Assembly (NCBI GenBank): GCA_964401115.1
Contig: CAYNXD010000052.1
Location: 14-64,013, forward strand
Direction of reading: 5' to 3'
Origin: an uncultured Candidatus Poseidoniales archaeon
GTDB lineage: Archaea; Thermoplasmatota; Poseidoniia; Poseidoniales; Thalassarchaeaceae
Length of the DNA stretch: 64,000 bases
The number at the start of each line of letters is the position of its first letter. Position 1 is the stretch's first letter. The notes beneath the pieces were generated by a model, which ran no database searches, was not told the DNA's origin, and saw only the letters and a program-made list of their open reading frames with translations. Below are positions 58,175 to 64,000 of the stretch, piece by piece. Both the position numbers and the translations under genes were made by a program.

Positions 58175-60835
58175 TCAGAAAGAGAAGAGAGTCGCCTGCC
58201 GATTTCCTTTGATGAGATCATCAGCTGACCAACCGAATGCTTCTGTAATTCTACCTAATGCTGTGGCTAATCTTTTGATATAGAATTCTGGATCATAATC
58301 TGTTTGAACTTCTCCAGTTTCATCTTCTAGCCATGCTGTAATTCCCATCGGACTTTTACTTGCATCAGTAACCAACCAGCCAACCTTCATTCCGGGAGTG
58401 AAAGCCAAACCAGCTGCTATTCGTTGCTTAGCCGCCCTAACATTAACCAATCTATCTGGGTTAGCATATACCGAAGTAAAATCAATTTCACCATTATTAC
58501 CTACCTTACCTTTGCACGATTTACTGATTACAAGATCCCTCGGACTTACATCTCCATTCCTGACTCTCTTGATTAAATCAATACAATGTTGCACTGCTTG
58601 GTCAGATTCACCACCAAGAATCATCTCAAAAAGTTGGGTCATAACATCGGTTAGTATGGTGAAAGAATCTGTTCTGCGCACCTCATAACCACGAATGAGT
58701 AATTTGGATTCTGGCCAAACCATCTGCCCAACATATCTTTTCTTTGCTCCATGGCTGAAAAATGATGAAAGTCCTGTTTCAAATTCAAGTTCAGCACCTT
58801 CTTTTGTGAAACGTTCAGCAATCTCTTGTCCGAATTTAACTAAGTCGTTAACTACTTCGTTCCAAGATTCCAAATCATCACCTTCCGTTGGCTCTTTGTC
58901 AGGCACCCCTTCCTTCACAGGCGCTTGAACAAAGACACTGTCAGTATCACTATACACTACGTGATGGTTTTCCTCTTCGAGTTGTTTAATGATGCTCTTA
59001 ATGTTAGAACGTGCCCAGGCTGTAATTGATGAACCAAGGTCTTCATGAGTAAAACGATAAAATTTGGAAGCGAATACGCCATAGAAAGAATTCATCAGAA
59101 TCTTCACCGCAAATTGCATTTCATAATGAAATTGTTCTGATGCGACATCACCTGATTCTTGAGCCTCTTTGAGAGCCGATTTATGGTGCGTCCTCAAATC
59201 CATTAAATCCTCTAACAAACGTGGAACTAAACCACGTCGTGTTTCTGCTGGAAGATACTTAGCACCATGAGGCGACTCGTGGAAACCGTCTTTTGGAACC
59301 TCGTCAGGTCTTGCCTTCTCATCTATTCTAGTTGTATAACATATGTTATTGGAAATCATAATTGCAGGATACATGGATTTGAAATCTAATACAGCAATCC
59401 AACGATGTACTCCTGCTTCCACCTCATGCACATATCCACCAACAATTTGGTCTCCACCACCGCCCCTATTAGTTCTTGGAACTGCAACATTCTCCCTATC
59501 CGCAAGTCGAATTACAAGACTATCAATCCACTGAGAAGTTGTTCCAGAAATTGCAATCTCCAGAGGCACCGCTGCTACCGAAGCCAAAGCCTCCTTACGT
59601 TTAACTGCTGAAATCTTTTTCAATATTCTAAGTGGAAGAATTGTATCTTGAACACAATATTTCATTACTACATCTGGACGTTCTGCCCATTCTTTGTCCA
59701 TCTTTGAAGCATCGACATCCATCTTGTGTAAATCCTCATCATCTGGCCAAAGTAGTCTGCACACATACTTCAGCGTCTCACGCTTTGGGCGTAACACCAT
59801 TCTTGCTTGCCACCAAGCATCTAGAACACAGCGACCATAGATGCGCCAAGTTCTGCGATTTGTCTCTCTGCCAGGAATTAATCTATCTCCTTCAGATTCG
59901 ATGATTGGAACTCTACCCCATCCAAACATATCAGCTGAAGCCGAAAAATCTCCTCTTTTGGCAAGCGCTCTAGCACGCATTTGTATTCTTGGTAAATCGA
60001 AGTTGTCAATATTGTATCCAGTAATTATGTCGGGATCTTTTTCTCTAACCAACCGAGAAATCCCTGAGAGAATGTCTGTTTCACTTCCTTTGAACTCGTA
60101 AATCTCTTCCCGCTCACCTTGTTGAATTACTACTGCAGCACAGAGAATTGTCTCTTCGACAATAGATGTCTCAAGATCAAATGACATCATTACAAATGGA
60201 GTTGGAAATGGTTCGCTTCTCTCAATATTAGAATAATCGCAAGTCACTATCAAATCAACCGGATACAGGCCAGAGCCACCTGCGGTTTTGATTCTCTGAG
60301 CCGCATCCATCCGGGATGATTCTCCTTTGTACGACTCTGGTAATTCTGCAAGCAATTCGGATGGCGCACCTTCTCCCGCCCACAATACTTCACAATCACT
60401 ACTGATATGTGGGCCAATGTCATTGTCCAAGAAAAGACGATTTACAAATGGGATATCGGCATTAGTTAGTTCCCAATCCTTCTCCAATTTATTCCGTATT
60501 TGATGACTGGTTCCTGTCATCATCCACGGCCTCTTAATTTCAACCTTCCAATGAGGTTTTACTCCAAGGCGAGACCACTTGTCAACTGGTTCGTGAATCT
60601 TTGTTACTCCCTTAATTGAACTGACTTGTTTTAGTAATGATTGCGCGTCTTGATTACCATTCGGCCTACCTGGTTGGCTAATCTCAAACCAAGGCTTCAT
60701 TCCTGATACAATGATTAGGACTGAATGACCCTCTCTCGCCCTGCACCACAACTCAATTACGGTATCGGAACGAGTTGGCGAGTCCATGATATACGAGGCT
60801 TGAACAACGCAACTCTGGACATTTGTTGTTGTCAT
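58175..60835 (-). CDS. polB: Family B DNA polymerase
   Basis: Exonuclease FDLET, GYNIDNFD, YCVQD; polymerase DFKSMYP, KILMNSFYG, YSDTDS, KKRY; ATG 60835 follows GAGGTGA. Confidence 0.95.
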   Translation of the reverse strand: MTTTNVQSCVVQASYIMDSPTRSDTVIELWCRAREGHSVLIIVSGMKPWFEISQPGRPNGNQDAQSLLKQVSSIKGVTKIHEPVDKWSRLGVKPHWKVEIKRPWMMTGTSHQIRNKLEKDWELTNADIPFVNRLFLDNDIGPHISSDCEVLWAGEGAPSELLAELPESYKGESSRMDAAQRIKTAGGSGLYPVDLIVTCDYSNIERSEPFPTPFVMMSFDLETSIVEETILCAAVVIQQGEREEIYEFKGSETDILSGISRLVREKDPDIITGYNIDNFDLPRIQMRARALAKRGDFSASADMFGWGRVPIIESEGDRLIPGRETNRRTWRIYGRCVLDAWWQARMVLRPKRETLKYVCRLLWPDDEDLHKMDVDASKMDKEWAERPDVVMKYCVQDTILPLRILKKISAVKRKEALASVAAVPLEIAISGTTSQWIDSLVIRLADRENVAVPRTNRGGGGDQIVGGYVHEVEAGVHRWIAVLDFKSMYPAIMISNNICYTTRIDEKARPDEVPKDGFHESPHGAKYLPAETRRGLVPRLLEDLMDLRTHHKSALKEAQESGDVASEQFHYEMQFAVKILMNSFYGVFASKFYRFTHEDLGSSITAWARSNIKSIIKQLEEENHHVVYSDTDSVFVQAPVKEGVPDKEPTEGDDLESWNEVVNDLVKFGQEIAERFTKEGAELEFETGLSSFFSHGAKKRYVGQMVWPESKLLIRGYEVRRTDSFTILTDVMTQLFEMILGGESDQAVQHCIDLIKRVRNGDVSPRDLVISKSCKGKVGNNGEIDFTSVYANPDRLVNVRAAKQRIAAGLAFTPGMKVGWLVTDASKSPMGITAWLEDETGEVQTDYDPEFYIKRLATALGRITEAFGWSADDLIKGNRQATLFSF

Positions 60836-60840
60836 TCGTT

Positions 60841-60954
60841 TCACCTCACTGCGGCCGTGTCCAATCAACCCTCGCAATGCGGGAAGGGGTAACGGTTGAT
60901 AACCGAGGCCTCCTCTTGCGGGTTGACTGGACTAGCACGGTTCCGAGGGGGTGA
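60841..60954. repeat. Long imperfect inverted repeat filling the divergent polB/ilvE intergenic region
   Basis: Paired blocks TCACC/GGTGA, CCGTG/CACGG, GTCCA/TGGAC, TCAACCC/GGGTTGA, CGCAA/TTGCG; central CGGTT-GAT-AACCG. Confidence 0.7.
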
Positions 60955-60960
60955 GAGAAA

Positions 60961-62004
60961 ATGAGTGAGGATGTGTCAATTGATTGGGACTCCCTGACCT
61001 TCAGTTTTACACCAACCGACATGATGTATCGGGCAACCTGTAAACTAGGAGAAGAATGGCAGCCTGGGGAAATGATCCCTTACGGAGACATCACTATTTC
61101 GCCAGCTGCAGGAGTTCTAAATTACGGACAGGGATTATTTGAGGGAATGAAAGCTCAGAGAAGTGTTAACGGCGGAATTGTTCTATTCAGGCCTGAAAGA
61201 AATGCCATGAGGATGACTGATGGTGCCCGAAGGCTTGGTATGCCGGAAGTGCCAGTTGAAATGTTTCTAGATGCCGTTAATCAAGTAGTTGCGGCAAACG
61301 CTCGATGGGTCCCCCCAACTGGAAAGGGCGCTCTATACGTAAGACCAGTGCTCTGGGGTACTGGCGCCATTCTTGGTGTTGCTCCAGCACCAGAATATGT
61401 ATTCATGGTCTATGTTTGTCCTGTTGGGCCGTACTTCAAAGGGGGAATGCATCCTATTGCCCTCAAAGTCTCAGATGATCATCACCGTGCGGCGCCTGGC
61501 GGTTCAGGAGCAGTGAAGGCTATCGGGAACTATGCACCTGGAATGATGCCTAGCAAGAATGCAAAGAAGGATGGTTTCGCTGAAATTATTTATCTTGATT
61601 CGACGGAACATCGCTACATCGAAGAAGTAGGTGCTGCAAATTTCTTTTGTGTCAAAGATGGCGTCATATATACTCCGGAATTAACCGGAACAATACTACC
61701 AGGTATTACCCGAGCGAGCATCATAGAATTAGCTCGTAATAGAGGATATGACGTGATTGAAGAAAAGGTGGATATCAAATTCGTGCTTGAGGCTGACGAG
61801 TGTTTCTGTGCTGGTACTGCTGCAGTAATTTCACCAATTGGAGCAATATGTCAAGGAGATATATGCACTAGTTATTGCAATAACCAAGTTGGACCAGTAA
61901 CTCAGGAATTATATGACTCACTAACCTCAATTCAAACTCAAGCATCAACAGATGAATTTGGTTGGATAAAGGCCGTCCCGGTGCCTGAAATTACAGTTGA
62001 ATGA
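60961..62004 (+). CDS. ilvE: Branched-chain amino acid aminotransferase
   Basis: LNYGQGLFEGMKA, LYVRP, KAIGNY, EEVGAAN, ILPGITR, GTAAVISP. Confidence 0.94.
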   Translation: MSEDVSIDWDSLTFSFTPTDMMYRATCKLGEEWQPGEMIPYGDITISPAAGVLNYGQGLFEGMKAQRSVNGGIVLFRPERNAMRMTDGARRLGMPEVPVEMFLDAVNQVVAANARWVPPTGKGALYVRPVLWGTGAILGVAPAPEYVFMVYVCPVGPYFKGGMHPIALKVSDDHHRAAPGGSGAVKAIGNYAPGMMPSKNAKKDGFAEIIYLDSTEHRYIEEVGAANFFCVKDGVIYTPELTGTILPGITRASIIELARNRGYDVIEEKVDIKFVLEADECFCAGTAAVISPIGAICQGDICTSYCNNQVGPVTQELYDSLTSIQTQASTDEFGWIKAVPVPEITVE

Positions 62005-62011
62005 AGTTGTA

Positions 62012-63319
62012 TCAATCTTCTGAATCGAATCTATCAAGGGTTGTACTCATAGCAGAAAGTTCATCTCGAATACGATCCTTGTCTTTGGAACTCAGAGATG
62101 TATCTGCAAGTTTCTTTTCCAAATTTTCAACGCTAGACTTCAGCGTGTCTCTTTCCTCAAGATAGAAATCCTCATCCTTAGACATCTGAGCACGTGCTTT
62201 CTTCTGACTAGCTCGCTTACGTTTCTTAGATGTTTCAGAACGATTTGCTGGTGACTCCTGAAGTTCTACTGAAGTAGGGAACGGAATTTCAATTCCTTCC
62301 TCATCAAACCGCTCAAAAACTCTCTGAAGAATCCAATCACGAGCGGGCCACTGGTCTGCATAATTATCAATCCATGCAAAAATTCTGAAAATTATTGAAT
62401 ACTGTCCAAGATCATTCATCAAAACCCGTGGGCTAGGATTATCCACTGTGTAGGGGCATTCCTTAGCCACATCAACAAGTACCTGTTTCACATGTGGAGG
62501 TTCTTCTCCATAAGAAACCCCTACGTCTATGAGAAGATTGATTCTACGTGGTTGCCCATCGCCACCACCTCGTGCCATGTTACGAATCTTATTCTGAACC
62601 AATGTGTTGTTAGGAATTACAACCAATTCTTCAGAATGAGTAAGAATCTTTGTTGATAGGATACCTGTCGATACTACTCTACCCTCAGTACCATCAACCT
62701 CAATACGATCACCTACATCGAACGGGCTATCCATGGCTAACATAAATGAGTTGAGAATATTACCAATCGTATGCTGTAGTGAGAGACCGATTATTAATGA
62801 AAATAGAGCGAAGGATGCTGCAATACCAGCCATCTCAATTTCAAGACCAATTAGAATGGAGTAAATACCTACGAACCACACAATCATTCTCGCAAAGATG
62901 CTAATGAAGTGATTTCCGCCAGTGACTGATACCCCTTGATTATCTGATTTTATCCAAGTCATTAATGGAGGAGTAATTACCTTAATCGAACTACTTAACA
63001 TACTAGTGAATATTAGAATAAATACGGAATTTATGAAAGGAAATATTGAATCAAGAAGTTCTGGGGAAAGCCAAGCTAGAGAGACGTTGAAACAAATTAC
63101 GAGAATGAATAACATCGACCGTGGTTCTAAAGCGCTATACAGATCGTTATCCCAACCAATCTCAGTATCATTAACAAAATCACTTAATTTCTTGAACAGA
63201 AAATATTTGATGATGGCTAGGAACATCAAGCTAGTTCCAACACAGAAGCCTATTTTCCCTAATGTTGGTAATGTTTCAAGCCAATCAATGAATTGTGTTA
63301 TCTCTTCAGGTATTTCCAT
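62012..63319 (-). CDS. MscS-family small-conductance mechanosensitive channel with C-terminal coiled tail
   Basis: GLSLQHTIGNI, PFDVGDRIEV, VVIPNN, GIEIPFP. Confidence 0.92.
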   Translation of the reverse strand: MEIPEEITQFIDWLETLPTLGKIGFCVGTSLMFLAIIKYFLFKKLSDFVNDTEIGWDNDLYSALEPRSMLFILVICFNVSLAWLSPELLDSIFPFINSVFILIFTSMLSSSIKVITPPLMTWIKSDNQGVSVTGGNHFISIFARMIVWFVGIYSILIGLEIEMAGIAASFALFSLIIGLSLQHTIGNILNSFMLAMDSPFDVGDRIEVDGTEGRVVSTGILSTKILTHSEELVVIPNNTLVQNKIRNMARGGGDGQPRRINLLIDVGVSYGEEPPHVKQVLVDVAKECPYTVDNPSPRVLMNDLGQYSIIFRIFAWIDNYADQWPARDWILQRVFERFDEEGIEIPFPTSVELQESPANRSETSKKRKRASQKKARAQMSKDEDFYLEERDTLKSSVENLEKKLADTSLSSKDKDRIRDELSAMSTTLDRFDSED

Positions 63320-63329
63320 TTATTTCACC

Positions 63330-64000
63330 TCAATTTTTCAATAATTCTCGAGCTTGATCGAAAACCTTCTCTCTAGACAGACGCCCAGGGAAATATCCAA
63401 TCGCTTCGTCAATCTGATTTTCTATTTCTGGAGTAACTTTCGATAATTGCTTCAACGTGAAAATTCCAGCATCGTTCAACTTACCTTGTAAGACTGGGCC
63501 GATTCCTTTGATCTTCGTGAGGTCATCTTTTTCCGAGGCGGTTGCGGTCCCTATGGTATCAAAATCAACCTTATTGGCAGCGGCGGCATTTAATGCATTA
63601 ATTTCAGCTTCCTTAGCAGCCAATTGTGCATCTAACTCAGCTAATTTGGCCTTCTTCTCTGAGATGGTTGCATCTTCATCTGATCCATAAATCTCATTAT
63701 ATTCCTCTTCCTTATTTTTGACTGATTGTTTTTTCAATTCATCATCTTCATCATCAAAAGCATCGTCGATTTCAAAGACCACAAATTGTTCATCTCGCTC
63801 ATCGTCGCTACGACGATATAGAAGAGCGAATATCAAAAGAAGCATTAACAGAAGAATACAGCAACTCCAAATGCTGAATATATTGAGATTCTCTGAATTC
63901 TCAATTATATCTTCTTCATTTTCTCCGTCACCACTTATTTCGGCTTTTGGATCTAGGATATCGCAAACTCCGTTGTCATCATCATCAACAGGAACATCTT
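63330..64000 (-). CDS. 3' part of a membrane protein (starts beyond window): DxDxDG-type repeat, TM, cytoplasmic coiled segment and helix-hairpin-helix domain
   Basis: Frame is open to the window edge (DVPVDDDDNGVCDILD...NIFSIWSCCILLLMLLLIFALLYRR); DDLTKIKGIGP HhH motif. Confidence 0.8.
   Translation of the reverse strand, partial: DVPVDDDDNGVCDILDPKAEISGDGENEEDIIENSENLNIFSIWSCCILLLMLLLIFALLYRRSDDERDEQFVVFEIDDAFDDEDDELKKQSVKNKEEEYNEIYGSDEDATISEKKAKLAELDAQLAAKEAEINALNAAAANKVDFDTIGTATASEKDDLTKIKGIGPVLQGKLNDAGIFTLKQLSKVTPEIENQIDEAIGYFPGRLSREKVFDQARELLKN

Noticed and set aside
58175..60835. Inteins or inactivation in PolB (aIF5B and Lhr also checked)
   Set aside because: Motifs are contiguous and intact; no C...HN intein ends or LAGLIDADG blocks seen.
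63845..63845. ATG start of the last ORF
   Set aside because: The ATG lies inside the TM helix; the frame continues to the window edge.

Overview
A 64-kb archaeal core-chromosome segment. Gene content points to Marine Group II Thermoplasmatota (Ca. Poseidoniales); this is inferred, not searched. Supporting genes: aEF-1alpha, aIF5B, L7Ae/S28e/L24e, deoxyhypusine synthase, GINS, family-B polymerase, bacterial-type FolC/UvrB/RimK/IlvE/Liu genes, and large acidic surface proteins with DxDGDG repeats. About 48 CDSs (two truncated by the window ends) and two tRNAs (Ile-GAT, Leu-CAA) are supported. No integrase, transposase or CRISPR array was seen. Most interesting: (1) an AT-rich gene-free segment (~30.17-30.55 kb) holding TTYCAATTGRAA palindromes that resemble both mini-ORB and parS cores, with no orc1/cdc6 nearby. 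Within 14 kb downstream lie a tandem PRC-barrel gene, a ParA + RHH-like + small-ORF cluster, a membrane-anchored SAP-domain protein and a long coiled-coil protein, together a candidate undescribed segregation/cell-cycle locus. (2) A presenilin-family protease with a ~370-aa inserted domain, plus single-pass membrane proteins with SAP or HhH tails, suggesting intramembrane-proteolysis signalling. (3) A ~115-bp dyad between divergent polB and ilvE. (4) A k-turn over the L7Ae start codon. (5) A bacterial-type RimK in a lineage lacking its known substrate bS6. All functional links are hypotheses drawn from sequence reading alone.
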